A model generated the notes under the pieces. That model saw only the letters and a list, made by a program, of their open reading frames with translations, had not been told where the DNA came from and searched no databases. Below, piece by piece: positions 35,445 through 44,698 of a stretch of DNA of 53,792 nucleotides. The stretch comes from Nitrososphaeria archaeon (GTDB lineage Archaea > Thermoproteota > Nitrososphaeria > Nitrososphaerales > JACAEJ01): contig JARVKD010000003.1 of assembly GCA_029775875.1 (NCBI GenBank), positions 1 through 53,792 of the forward strand, read 5' to 3'. Made by a program: the position numbers and the translations under genes. Each line of letters begins with the position of its first letter. The stretch's first letter is position 1.

Positions 35445-35780
35445 TTAATCCTTCTTCAATTCTTTATGAAAACAAGTCTCATTTCCAGTATGGCAGGCTG
35501 GACCTTTCTGATCGACTAGCAATAGTATAGCATCATTATCACAATCTATCATTATGTCTATTACTCTTTGAGTATTTCCTGAAGTTTCTCCCTTCATCCA
35601 TAATTTATTTCTTGATCTGCTCCAATAATGGGCATAACCCGTCTCTATAGTCTTAATCAAGGATTCCTCATTCATATAAGCCAGCATTAGAATCTTCTTA
35701 GTCTTATGATCTTGAGCCACTGCTGGTATGAGGCCTGTGGCTTTATCGAACTTTAATTGTTTTATCTCAATCTTATTCAT
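35445..35780 (-). CDS. hisI: Phosphoribosyl-AMP cyclohydrolase (monofunctional HisI)
   Basis: 111 aa containing GLIPAVAQD....[11 protein letters not shown]...T......WSRSR..LW.KGETSGN.Q.....DCD.D..L..V...GPACHTG. No HisE domain is attached. Confidence 0.9.
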   Translation of the reverse strand: MNKIEIKQLKFDKATGLIPAVAQDHKTKKILMLAYMNEESLIKTIETGYAHYWSRSRNKLWMKGETSGNTQRVIDIMIDCDNDAILLLVDQKGPACHTGNETCFHKELKKD

Positions 35781-36583
35781 GGTCTTATATCGATTCCTCT
35801 CTCTATAAGAAATCTCTTGATGACAGGTATGGGGAATTTATCGTAATGAAATACTGAGGCTGCCAACGCTGCATCTGCCTTGCCTATGGTAAAAGCTTCT
35901 AAGAAATGTTCGGGCTTGCCAGCACCTCCACTGGCTATAACTGGTATATTCACTTTTTCAGATACGGCTCTAGTAAGTTCTAGATCATAACCTATCTCAG
36001 TTCCATCTCTATCCATGGATGTGAGCAGAATCTCACCAGCACCCAATTTAGCAACTTTTTCAGCCCATTCGATCGCATCTATATTGGTTGGTTTCCTCCC
36101 TCCATAAGTGTATACTTCGAACCAGCATTCTCCCTCAGTTGTTCTTGTTATAAAATGACCTTCTCTATCATATCGGCGCTTTGCATCTATGGCTACTACT
36201 ACACATTGAGTACCAAAGACCTTTGCAAGCCTTGAGACTAATTCAGGATTTTCAACAGCAGCAGTGTTTATCGAGACTTTATCTGCTCCACTACATAATA
36301 TCAACCTTGCATCTTCCTCGCTTCTTATTCCTCCTCCAACAGTAAAAGGTATGTTAAGATTTGCTGCAACATCTCTAACCACTTTTTCCAATATCTTTCT
36401 CTTCTCTGGGGATGCAGTTATATCTAAAAATACTAATTCATCAGCCCTTGCTTCACAGTATCTTTGAGCAAGTTCAACAGGGTCGCCAGCATCCCTCAAG
36501 TTTATGAAGTTGATGCCTTTTACTACCCTCCCATGATCCACATCTAAGCATGGTACTATTCTTTTAGACAATGGCATTATCAT
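35777..36583 (-). CDS. hisF: Imidazole glycerol phosphate synthase cyclase subunit HisF
   Basis: [26 protein letters not shown] and the full-length HisF pattern. Confidence 0.93.
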   Translation of the reverse strand: MIMPLSKRIVPCLDVDHGRVVKGINFINLRDAGDPVELAQRYCEARADELVFLDITASPEKRKILEKVVRDVAANLNIPFTVGGGIRSEEDARLILCSGADKVSINTAAVENPELVSRLAKVFGTQCVVVAIDAKRRYDREGHFITRTTEGECWFEVYTYGGRKPTNIDAIEWAEKVAKLGAGEILLTSMDRDGTEIGYDLELTRAVSEKVNIPVIASGGAGKPEHFLEAFTIGKADAALAASVFHYDKFPIPVIKRFLIERGIDIRP

Positions 36584-37305
36584 CTCTCCTTCTCTATTCT
36601 TATAGCATCTTTTAAAGTGAACTTATTCTCATATAATGCTTTCCCTATCACAACACCATAAACTCCCATATTCTTTAGCATGGATAGATGCTCGAGTTTG
36701 CTAATACCTCCAGCAGCCATTATTTTCGCCTCTTTTATCTTACACATCTCTCTCAATATCTTAAAATCAGGACTGGTCAAAGTTCCATCTCTCTTTATAG
36801 ATGTGATCAAGAAGATCCTTACTCCAAGATCAAGGAAATTCATAATAGCATCACGAATATCAAAATTTGAGGATACTTTCCAACCTCTCAACATGACTTC
36901 TCTCCCATAATGGTCAAGAGATACAACTATTCTCTCATTGCCATATTCTTCTAGAAGCTTTGTTAAAGCTTTTCTATTCTCAAAAGCCATGGTTCCAACT
37001 ATTATCCTTTTTACGCCTATGCTGAACAACTTTTGGGCTATGTCTAAGCTTCTTATACCACCACCAACTTGAAAATTCACATTAAGACTCTTTACCATCT
37101 CTTCTACTATTGACATATTGTCACTAGAGCCTAACGCTGCATCCAAATCTACAATATGAATCATCTTCGCTCCATTTTCTATCCAGATCTTAGCCACACC
37201 AAAAGGATCGCCTAAAGATGAATAGGATTTTGATAGTCTTGGATCTCCTCTTACTAACCTCACAACTTGCCCATCTTTTAAATCGATGGCTGGTATTACT
37301 TCCAA
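36580..37305 (-). CDS. hisA: ProFAR isomerase HisA
   Basis: [19 protein letters not shown] ... GGGIRS ... typical of HisA; overlaps hisF by 4 nt. Confidence 0.92.
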   Translation of the reverse strand: MEVIPAIDLKDGQVVRLVRGDPRLSKSYSSLGDPFGVAKIWIENGAKMIHIVDLDAALGSSDNMSIVEEMVKSLNVNFQVGGGIRSLDIAQKLFSIGVKRIIVGTMAFENRKALTKLLEEYGNERIVVSLDHYGREVMLRGWKVSSNFDIRDAIMNFLDLGVRIFLITSIKRDGTLTSPDFKILREMCKIKEAKIMAAGGISKLEHLSMLKNMGVYGVVIGKALYENKFTLKDAIRIEKER

Positions 37306-37311
37306 TTTAGG

Positions 37312-37914
37312 TCACCTTTTAACCAGTTTCACAAAATTCTCCAAAATAATCTGACCCGCTTCACCAGACTTTTCAGGATGGAACTGTGTGCCATAAAGGT
37401 TCTCATCAGCTACCATGGATGGAAATTTTAATCCATAATCCGTCTCAGTAACTATTACATCTTTTCTTGAAGGTAAAGGATGATATGAGTGCACAAAATA
37501 GGCATAAGAGTTATCGGCTAAGCCTTCTATGATCTCATTATTCTTGACTATCCTTAGATTGTTCCAGCCCATGTGAGGGATTTTAACTTGCTTTGGCAAC
37601 CTTACTACTCTGCCTGGCATCAGATCCAAGCCTTCTCCCTTTCCTTCTTCACTCTTTTTGAAAAAAATTTGCATGCCCAAGCATATGCCCAGTATAGGTA
37701 CGCCTGAATCAGCTATGCTCAAAATCTTTTTCTTGAGTGATCCTATATTCTCCATTGCTTCTGTAAAGCTTCCAACGCCTGGCAAGATCAAACCATCTAT
37801 ATCATTTTGTAAGTCATTTATCGTTGCTATCGTGGGGTTGGCTCCCATTCTTTGCAACGCGCATTTTAAACTGTAAAGGTTTCCTACACCATAGTCCAAG
37901 ATCTTGATATTCAC
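37312..37914 (-). CDS. hisH: Imidazole glycerol phosphate synthase glutaminase subunit HisH
   Basis: Class I amidotransferase with GICLGMQ (catalytic Cys) and the FHPEKSG motif. Confidence 0.92.
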   Translation of the reverse strand: MNIKILDYGVGNLYSLKCALQRMGANPTIATINDLQNDIDGLILPGVGSFTEAMENIGSLKKKILSIADSGVPILGICLGMQIFFKKSEEGKGEGLDLMPGRVVRLPKQVKIPHMGWNNLRIVKNNEIIEGLADNSYAYFVHSYHPLPSRKDVIVTETDYGLKFPSMVADENLYGTQFHPEKSGEAGQIILENFVKLVKR

Positions 37915-38490
37915 TCATATGGCACCTTTCGAACTTGGAATGCCTTTTCTTCTTGGGTCTAGAGATGCTGCCTGCCTGAGAGATAAAGCCAGAGCCTTGA
38001 AGGCTGCCTCTATCTTATGATGATCATTCAATCCATATTGGACTTGCAAATGCAGGTTTGCTTCTAAAGATGAAGATAAAGATTTCAGAAAATGGTAGAT
38101 ATCCTCAGTTTTCATATCCTCTACTGCTTTGCCTTCTAACTTCAGATCGATCACACTGTAAGGTCTTTTCACAAGGTCTATAGCGGCTATTGCAAGAGAG
38201 CAGTCCATAGGTACTATGCTCGATCCGAAGCGATTGATCCCTCCACGATTCCCCAAAGCATTCTTTAAAGCTTCTCCCAATCCTATGGCTATATCTTCTA
38301 TTAAGTGATGCCTCAAATCTCCTTTTGCAATGATGTTGATATCGATCAAGCTATGGGTGGACAGTGTTTTTATCATATGGTTCAGAAATTTTAATCCAGT
38401 CTTTACGCTACTTTTACCTTCCCCATTCAAGTTTACCTTTATATTGACTTCTGTCTCGCTTGTCTTTCTCTCAAATTGAGCCTTACGCAA
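37915..38490 (-). CDS. hisB: Imidazoleglycerol-phosphate dehydratase (monofunctional HisB)
   Basis: RKTSETEV.I...L.G, DLRHHLIEDIAI.LG and NDHHKIEA.FKAL motifs. Confidence 0.92.
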   Translation of the reverse strand: MRKAQFERKTSETEVNIKVNLNGEGKSSVKTGLKFLNHMIKTLSTHSLIDINIIAKGDLRHHLIEDIAIGLGEALKNALGNRGGINRFGSSIVPMDCSLAIAAIDLVKRPYSVIDLKLEGKAVEDMKTEDIYHFLKSLSSSLEANLHLQVQYGLNDHHKIEAAFKALALSLRQAASLDPRRKGIPSSKGAI

Positions 38491-39694
38491 AACCTCTTCC
38501 CTCCTTTATGCATTTTAGAATGAATGGTAATTCCCTTACTGAGGGTATGATCAAATCCGCTCCTTTTTTAATGAAATCTATCTTTTGTTCATCCTTCATG
38601 ATGGAGTGAGCATAAACTCCTCCAAATAAATAGCATGCTTTAGTTTTATTGGCAAGCTCTACCATCATAAGATCTTCCATAGAATCGCCAAGATACAATG
38701 CGAAATTAAAGGGCATAAGACCCTTTGCACAATTTATCAAAGAGTAAGGATTTGGCTTGCTCAAATCAATAATATCTCCTTTCTGCCTTGCTCTTCTCTC
38801 AGCTTCATCTATATCCTCAAGGAATACTTTGGCCTCTGGTCTAAACTCATCTAACAAATCTTTCATAGTGTATTTTGTGGCAGCAAAAGGCCTTCCTGAT
38901 GCTATTCCAAAGTTTGATCTGCCAACCAAAGATGAAATCTCTTTCAGAATTTCTCTATCGATCATGATATTCTCGTTCTCTATCAATCCCTTGCCTTTAT
39001 GAAATTTACAATCTATGCCATAAATTTCTTTAAAGAGATTACATCCTAAGAATTTCTCCTCAAAGATAGTTGTTATAAGGCTCTCTCCAACATTTCCATA
39101 TCGGGAGAGTATATCCTTACCATAGCGTAAAATTTCAAGATCATCTTTTAATGCTAAAGAATTTGAGAAAATATCTCTCTCGAAGAATTTGAAGCCAGAT
39201 GAACTTGCTCTTTCTGCTAAATCGATTAATCTCTTTGACGATTCTTCTGAAATTTTAAAATCAATGTTTTTAGTCTTCTCTTTCAGACAATTTTCGATTA
39301 TAGTTAATCTGTCTAAAGGCTCATCAGCGAATTTGAAAAGCTCTGAATCGATAGTTCTTTTCAATCCTTCTTTTACCTCCTTTGGCATAACAGTAAGAGC
39401 GAGCAAAGATATAGTGTAAGATACTGCCCAGTCGTTGTTGAATCTTCCACCTTTCTTCAGTTGGTAGATCAAATTGTCCAATAACTTTTCTTCGATTCTT
39501 GATCCTGTTAGCCTATTGAATATGTAGTTTACAGTTTCTTTTACAGCCATCAAATAAGATTTCTTTGCATCTATGAGCACTCCATCACAGTCAAAGATTA
39601 CTGCATCAACCTTTGCCAGCTTTTCAATGCTATCCTTTTTTACAAAAGCATCATCACCCTTTAATTTAATGATGGTATAATTCTCTTTCCGCAT
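38483..39694 (-). CDS. HAD-superfamily phosphatase with very large cap insertion (candidate histidinol-phosphate phosphatase)
   Basis: HAD motif I VIFDCDGVLIDA, motif II FGIASGR, motif III LSKPNPY and motif IV YLGDSMEDL, with ~240 aa between motifs I and II. It overlaps hisB by 8 nt and lies 3 nt from hisC. Confidence 0.6.
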   Translation of the reverse strand: MRKENYTIIKLKGDDAFVKKDSIEKLAKVDAVIFDCDGVLIDAKKSYLMAVKETVNYIFNRLTGSRIEEKLLDNLIYQLKKGGRFNNDWAVSYTISLLALTVMPKEVKEGLKRTIDSELFKFADEPLDRLTIIENCLKEKTKNIDFKISEESSKRLIDLAERASSSGFKFFERDIFSNSLALKDDLEILRYGKDILSRYGNVGESLITTIFEEKFLGCNLFKEIYGIDCKFHKGKGLIENENIMIDREILKEISSLVGRSNFGIASGRPFAATKYTMKDLLDEFRPEAKVFLEDIDEAERRARQKGDIIDLSKPNPYSLINCAKGLMPFNFALYLGDSMEDLMMVELANKTKACYLFGGVYAHSIMKDEQKIDFIKKGADLIIPSVRELPFILKCIKEGRGFA

Positions 39695-39697
39695 ACA

Positions 39698-40813
39698 CTA
39701 TTCACTTATCGATGTAAGAGCCTCTATGAAACGATCGTTCATGTATGGCAAGCCTACAGTTACTCTCAAGCAATCCTCTAGGTTCAGTACTTTCCCTATC
39801 TTTCTTACCAATACGCCTTTATCAAAAAGCTCGTTGAAGACTTTCTCATAAGGTCTCATTACTTGAAATAGAATGAAGTTAGCATCGGACTTGAAAGCCC
39901 TTACGCCTTTTATACTGTTCATCCTTTTCATCAATTTTTCTCTTTCTTCCTTCAATTCATCTATGCTCTTCTTGAATCTATCCACCATCTCAAGGACTTT
40001 TAAAGCCAGTCTTAAACCAATGCAATTTAAAGAGTAAGGTAATTGCGCATATTCGAAGATGGCAGTCGAGATTTCACTATTAGATAGAGCGTATCCTATC
40101 CTTACACCAGCAAGACCAAAAGCCTTTGAGAAGGTCCTAGTTACTATGAGGTTCTCATACTTCTTTACTAACTTTACCAGTGAATTCTTTGCAAATTCAA
40201 CATAAGCTTCATCCACTAAAACTAAGCCAGGAAAGTTTTCGATGATAGCTTTCACATCTTCTAACTCGAATTGATTACCCGTTGGATTATTTGGAGAACA
40301 AATAAAGCATATGCCTTTATTACCTTTTGATGATTCTAGAATGCCCTCAACGTCTAGAGAAAAATTTTCCTTCAATGGTATTTCAAAGTATTTAACTCCT
40401 AGATGATTTACAGACCATTTATACATAGAATAAGTAGGCTTGATCGAGATGGCAACGCTATCTTTTCCTAAGAAAGTTCTGATGATAAGGTCTATGATTT
40501 GATCACTTCCATTGCCCAACATTACATAATCAGAAGGCAGACCAACATACTTTCCTATAGCCTTCTTCAGTTCTACCTCTCCTTCCTTTGAATAAAGCCT
40601 TAAATCGATCTCGTTAATTACATCATTTAGAAGAGAGCAAAGAAAATCTTTCGGCAAGAAAAGGTTCTCGTTTTGATTTAATTTGATTACCTTCTCAGCC
40701 TCGATTCCAACTTCTAATGCTACATCTAAAACTGACTCTGGCTTCACATATTTATTAAAGGACTTAATTTCTTTCAATTTGCTTTTAAGCCATTCTTCTG
40801 AATTCTTGTCCAT
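39698..40813 (-). CDS. hisC: Histidinol-phosphate aminotransferase HisC
   Basis: Class II aminotransferase with NPNNPTG-like SPNNPTGN, and TFSKAFGLAGVRIGY carrying the PLP lysine. Confidence 0.9.
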   Translation of the reverse strand: MDKNSEEWLKSKLKEIKSFNKYVKPESVLDVALEVGIEAEKVIKLNQNENLFLPKDFLCSLLNDVINEIDLRLYSKEGEVELKKAIGKYVGLPSDYVMLGNGSDQIIDLIIRTFLGKDSVAISIKPTYSMYKWSVNHLGVKYFEIPLKENFSLDVEGILESSKGNKGICFICSPNNPTGNQFELEDVKAIIENFPGLVLVDEAYVEFAKNSLVKLVKKYENLIVTRTFSKAFGLAGVRIGYALSNSEISTAIFEYAQLPYSLNCIGLRLALKVLEMVDRFKKSIDELKEEREKLMKRMNSIKGVRAFKSDANFILFQVMRPYEKVFNELFDKGVLVRKIGKVLNLEDCLRVTVGLPYMNDRFIEALTSISE

Positions 40814-40817
40814 ATTA

Positions 40818-42113
40818 TCACTTTAAATAAGATTTTGAAGAACTATCTTTGACTCTCTCCTCTATGGCTATGGCATGGTTTATCAAGCCTTCTTTACGGG
40901 CTAAGGTGCTGATAGGCTTCATCATTTTAAGCAAACCTTCCTTTGAGCATTTCACCACACTAACTCTCTTCACAAAGTCCATTACGGAAAGGTTAGAGTA
41001 GACTTTGGCAGAGCCTCCTGTAGGCAATATGTGATTAGTACCGATACAATAATCTCCAGCAGGTACAGGACTGTAAGGACCTAAGAAGATCATCCCAGAA
41101 GATCTTATCTGCTTAGCAATTTTATCAGATTGCTTTGTTACTATCTCTAAATGCTCAGGAGCAAAATCATTCACAAATTCTACTGCTTCATTCATCTCAT
41201 CACAAATTACAATAAAGCCATTTTGAGTAAGAGCCTTTTTAATTATCTCTACTCTCTCTAGATTTACCATAATTCTTTCCAACTCTGCTATGACTTTACT
41301 TGCTAATTCTTTTGATGTAGTGACCAATCCACAAATGCTATCTGGGGAGTGCTCAGCTTGTGAAATCATATCAAGGGCAATGAAGTATGGATTTGCTGAA
41401 TCATCGGCAATTATCAGTATTTCGCTAGGACCTGCTGGCATATCTATGGCTACATCTTTTGATACTAATATCTTGGCAGTAGTTACATATCTATTTCCAG
41501 GTCCTACTATCTTTTTAACAGGCTTTACACTCTCAGTACCGTAGGCTAAAGCTGCTATGGCATGAGCCCCTCCTATTTTGTATATTTCATCTACACCACA
41601 AATATCTGCAGCAACGAGAAGAATTGGATTGAGATTGCCATCACTCATAGGTGGTGAACAAATAGCTATGCGTGGCACTTTTGCAACCTTTGCTGGAACT
41701 ACTGCCATGAGAAGGCTACTTGGATAAGGTGAATAACCTCCTGGGACATAGCAACCTACGCTCTCAATAGGCAATGCTAGATTGATTACCTGAACATTCT
41801 TTTCTTCATCATACCATTTGAATTTCAACTTTTTGAGGATAGTATTTTGAAAACCTTCAATTCTTTTTTTTGTGAATTTTAAGGCAGAGATTTCATCTTC
41901 ATTGATACTCTCATAAGCTTTATCAATTTCTTCTCTCCCGACTATGAATTTATCAACATCAGCCTTCACTCCATCATATTTTTTGATAAAATTGGCTAAG
42001 GCTTTATCGCCATTCTTTTTAACTTCATTTATTATCTCTTTGACATAGTTCTCTAATTCGCTAAACCACTTAAGTGAATAATATGATCTTTCTTCAAGAA
42101 GTTGGCGGGGCAC
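40818..42113 (-). CDS. hisD: Histidinol dehydrogenase HisD
   Basis: VGCYVPGG...YPSS, QAEH and APEHLE motifs. Confidence 0.93.
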   Translation of the reverse strand: MPRQLLEERSYYSLKWFSELENYVKEIINEVKKNGDKALANFIKKYDGVKADVDKFIVGREEIDKAYESINEDEISALKFTKKRIEGFQNTILKKLKFKWYDEEKNVQVINLALPIESVGCYVPGGYSPYPSSLLMAVVPAKVAKVPRIAICSPPMSDGNLNPILLVAADICGVDEIYKIGGAHAIAALAYGTESVKPVKKIVGPGNRYVTTAKILVSKDVAIDMPAGPSEILIIADDSANPYFIALDMISQAEHSPDSICGLVTTSKELASKVIAELERIMVNLERVEIIKKALTQNGFIVICDEMNEAVEFVNDFAPEHLEIVTKQSDKIAKQIRSSGMIFLGPYSPVPAGDYCIGTNHILPTGGSAKVYSNLSVMDFVKRVSVVKCSKEGLLKMMKPISTLARKEGLINHAIAIEERVKDSSSKSYLK

Positions 42114-42142
42114 ATCTGAAACCTTCCACGATCTTATTATGG

Positions 42143-43123
42143 CTAATCACCTTTCTTCTTGTTAAAAATCTCATCAAGAGATAGAACTTGTCTTGGTTCA
42201 TAGACTACAAGACCTTGGGCTAACTTCCTCAACTTCGGCAAAAGCTCGATGAAGATCTTTCTATCTATGACTGTATTCACAGAGTACCAGCCCTTCTCTG
42301 AGAGGGGAGATATAGTAGGTCTTTTTAGAGCTGGTAATTGCCTCAAAAGTTTCTGAAGATTAGCCTCACTTACATTTACGAATATGTGCAATCTTTTTCT
42401 TCCATCGACCACTCCTTTGAGCAATGTGAATATATCGTAGATCTTTTCTCTCTTCTCTGAGTCTTTCAAAGAATTCTTGTTTGCAATTAAATAGGCTGTA
42501 GACTCACATATAGTTTCGATAATCTTTAGATTGTTTTGCTCAAGGGTTGTGCCAGTCTCTGTAACATCGACTATAGCATCTGCATTTTCTGGTGGCTTTG
42601 CTTCTGTCGCTCCAAAAGACAGGAATACACTCACACTAGGATTGTTGCCTATTCTCCACCATGGAGTTATGACCAAGGGATCAAGATCGCCATAGTGGTT
42701 TTTATATGCTGGATTAGACTTGAGGTATGAAACAGTGGTGTTAAGGTATTCTGTCGAAATTCTTAATTCTTTCTTCTCCTTCCAAAATTTCTCAATGAGC
42801 TGAGAAAGCGAATCTATCGTCCAAGGCTTAGGAACTGCCAATACAAGCTTAATTGTACCATACTCTAAATTCAGAAGGACTTCTACATCAGAATTTGTCT
42901 CTTTTATCCAATCCAATCCAGTTATTCCTATATCCTGAAGACCTTCTGCTACATAGATAGGTATCTCTTGTGGTCTTAATATTCTAGGCTCTATCTCAGG
43001 ATCATTTATAGATGGGCGATATGTGCGCTCCTGCCCTGATAACTTGTATCCAGCTTTGCCAAGGATCTCAAAAGTAGCATTTTCAAGAGAGCCTTTAGGA
43101 AGGGCAAACCTCACTTTAGTCAA
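42143..43123 (-). CDS. hisG: ATP phosphoribosyltransferase, long form (HisG with C-terminal regulatory domain)
   Basis: FALPKGSL start, DIGITG and TGTTL motifs, and a HisG_C-like tail (...PTISPLSEKGWYSVNTVI...). Uses a TTG start. Confidence 0.88.
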   Translation of the reverse strand: MTKVRFALPKGSLENATFEILGKAGYKLSGQERTYRPSINDPEIEPRILRPQEIPIYVAEGLQDIGITGLDWIKETNSDVEVLLNLEYGTIKLVLAVPKPWTIDSLSQLIEKFWKEKKELRISTEYLNTTVSYLKSNPAYKNHYGDLDPLVITPWWRIGNNPSVSVFLSFGATEAKPPENADAIVDVTETGTTLEQNNLKIIETICESTAYLIANKNSLKDSEKREKIYDIFTLLKGVVDGRKRLHIFVNVSEANLQKLLRQLPALKRPTISPLSEKGWYSVNTVIDRKIFIELLPKLRKLAQGLVVYEPRQVLSLDEIFNKKKGD

Positions 43124-43324
43124 TTCTTATCATCTCTTCAAATTTGAATTCTTTGGGGGCTTTTTATAAAGAGTGCTAATTATAGGATTATTCCTAATAG
43201 GAGAGCGCTTCAGGGTATAGAGATAGTCTCTTATGAACTGAATCCCCCACTTCTATCACTTAGAACCATGGGGTGTTATCTTTCTATATAAAGATATTGT
43301 AAGACGATTTTGTTTTCGGCAAAT

Positions 43325-43519
43325 TTAATCATTAGTCTCTAAAGCTATTGGGCCATGATAGCCACAAGCTTTACACTTATATTCTTGTGGTATAAGCCAT
43401 CCCCCAAAAGGCGAGGCTATCTCAAGATCACTTAAGCATTTAGGACAGAGTTTTCTTCTCTTTATCGAAGTACGGCGGAATCTTATTTTCAAATTTTCGT
43501 TAGAACCATCTTCTTGCAA
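43325..43519 (-). CDS. Small zinc-ribbon protein (64 aa)
   Basis: CPKCLSDL ... CKACGY (CxxC-N21-CxxC). The function is unknown. Confidence 0.45.
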   Translation of the reverse strand: MQEDGSNENLKIRFRRTSIKRRKLCPKCLSDLEIASPFGGWLIPQEYKCKACGYHGPIALETND

Positions 43520-43533
43520 GAAATTCCTTCACT

Positions 43534-43842
43534 TTATTGGACTTCTATCGAAGACTCGTTAAAGCCTAACCAAACTAATTCTTCTTTGACGTTATCTCTA
43601 TGATCCCCTTGTAAGAGTACGTAACCATCCTTCACAGTTCCACCACAAGCCAGTTTCGTTTTCAGCTTCTGCACTATCTTATTCAGATCGGTTCGCTTTG
43701 GGTTAAGCCCCTCAATTATAGTAGTAGGTTTAGAGAATCTCCTCATCTCAAGACGGACGACAACTCTTGTTTCGCCTTTTTCTAACTCTTCACAAACACA
43801 AAGATCGGTAGGTAACCCGCATTTTTTACATACGCTTGTCAT
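43534..43842 (-). CDS. sui1: Translation initiation factor aSUI1 (aIF1)
   Basis: N-terminal CKKCGLPTDLCVCE Zn knuckle plus the SUI1 core (VT.IEGL......L..KLK..LACGGTVKDG.V.LQGDHR..V...L...GF). The start is taken at the second Met (43842). Confidence 0.88.
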   Translation of the reverse strand: MTSVCKKCGLPTDLCVCEELEKGETRVVVRLEMRRFSKPTTIIEGLNPKRTDLNKIVQKLKTKLACGGTVKDGYVLLQGDHRDNVKEELVWLGFNESSIEVQ

Positions 43843-44073
43843 GCATCGGCCTCCGCACATCTGCTAAACAATTTTGCAGTATGGGCTGATACTTCTATAA
43901 GGAGACAGTCTTTACATATTGGTGTGAATTCTTGTGTTCTCATAGATATTCTAATTTGATTTCTACAGCGGACTTTCAACATCTGATTAATGATGAGTAC
44001 AGAGGTTATTTAAATATTTAGGCTCAACGTTTACTTAATAAGGAATCCATCTTGGAAGGAAGGGAATTGAATC

Positions 44074-44670
44074 ATGAATTTGGATGAAGAGCAATTAAAG
44101 AGAGATATCCTTGAAGGTATGAGGGCTCTTTACTTAAGGAAACTTGTGACGAGTACGAGTGGCAACATAAGCGCAAGAATTCCAGATTCAAAATTCGTTT
44201 GGATCACTCCTACAGACTCGAAAAAGACTAAGCTAAAGGAAGAAGACCTTGTCAAGATAGACCTTGATGGAAAAATCGTGGAAGGAACTAACATGCCATC
44301 TAAGGAATGGCGTCTTCATATAGGGATTCTAAAAGCAAGAAAAGATGTAAATGCAGTAGTCCATGCTCACAACCCTTTTACTGTCGGTATTACTATGATT
44401 GGTAAGAAGTTTAAGCCTATAACTGCAGAAGCATCGATGATGTTGAAAGAAGTTGTAATACTGCCTTTTAAAAGACCTGGCTCTGAAGAACTAAGTGAGA
44501 TAGTAAGCAAGAACATTGCCAGCAGAAATGCTCTGATACTTAGAAGGCACGGTGTTATAGGCGTAGGGTCAGATATAGATGAGGCAAGGACTATAGTTGA
44601 GGTTATCGAGGAAGATGCCATTGTTCAGACAGTGATGAGAATCTTTCATAAGAGCATATCAAGGCAATGA
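44074..44670 (+). CDS. Class II aldolase/adducin-family protein (FucA/MtnB-like)
   Basis: SGNISARI, VVHAHNPF and LRRHGVIGVG motifs with metal-binding His residues. Confidence 0.75.
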   Translation: MNLDEEQLKRDILEGMRALYLRKLVTSTSGNISARIPDSKFVWITPTDSKKTKLKEEDLVKIDLDGKIVEGTNMPSKEWRLHIGILKARKDVNAVVHAHNPFTVGITMIGKKFKPITAEASMMLKEVVILPFKRPGSEELSEIVSKNIASRNALILRRHGVIGVGSDIDEARTIVEVIEEDAIVQTVMRIFHKSISRQ

Positions 44671-44698
44671 ATCCTCACAAACTTGCAGTCGCTAGGAG

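Noticed and set aside
43124-43324. Possible riboswitch or attenuator in the 200-nt hisG leader (CCCCA-N19-UGGGG stem).
   Set aside because: The stem is only 5 bp with a large loop. There is no His-codon-rich leader peptide or known riboswitch consensus. It is kept only as a remark within the his operon finding.
43983-43996. CUGA-UUA-AUGAUGA arrangement resembling the D'/C' boxes of an archaeal C/D sRNA, in the SUI1/aldolase intergenic region.
   Set aside because: No C box lies ~12 nt upstream and no D box ~12 nt downstream, so the flanking elements required for a C/D sRNA are absent.
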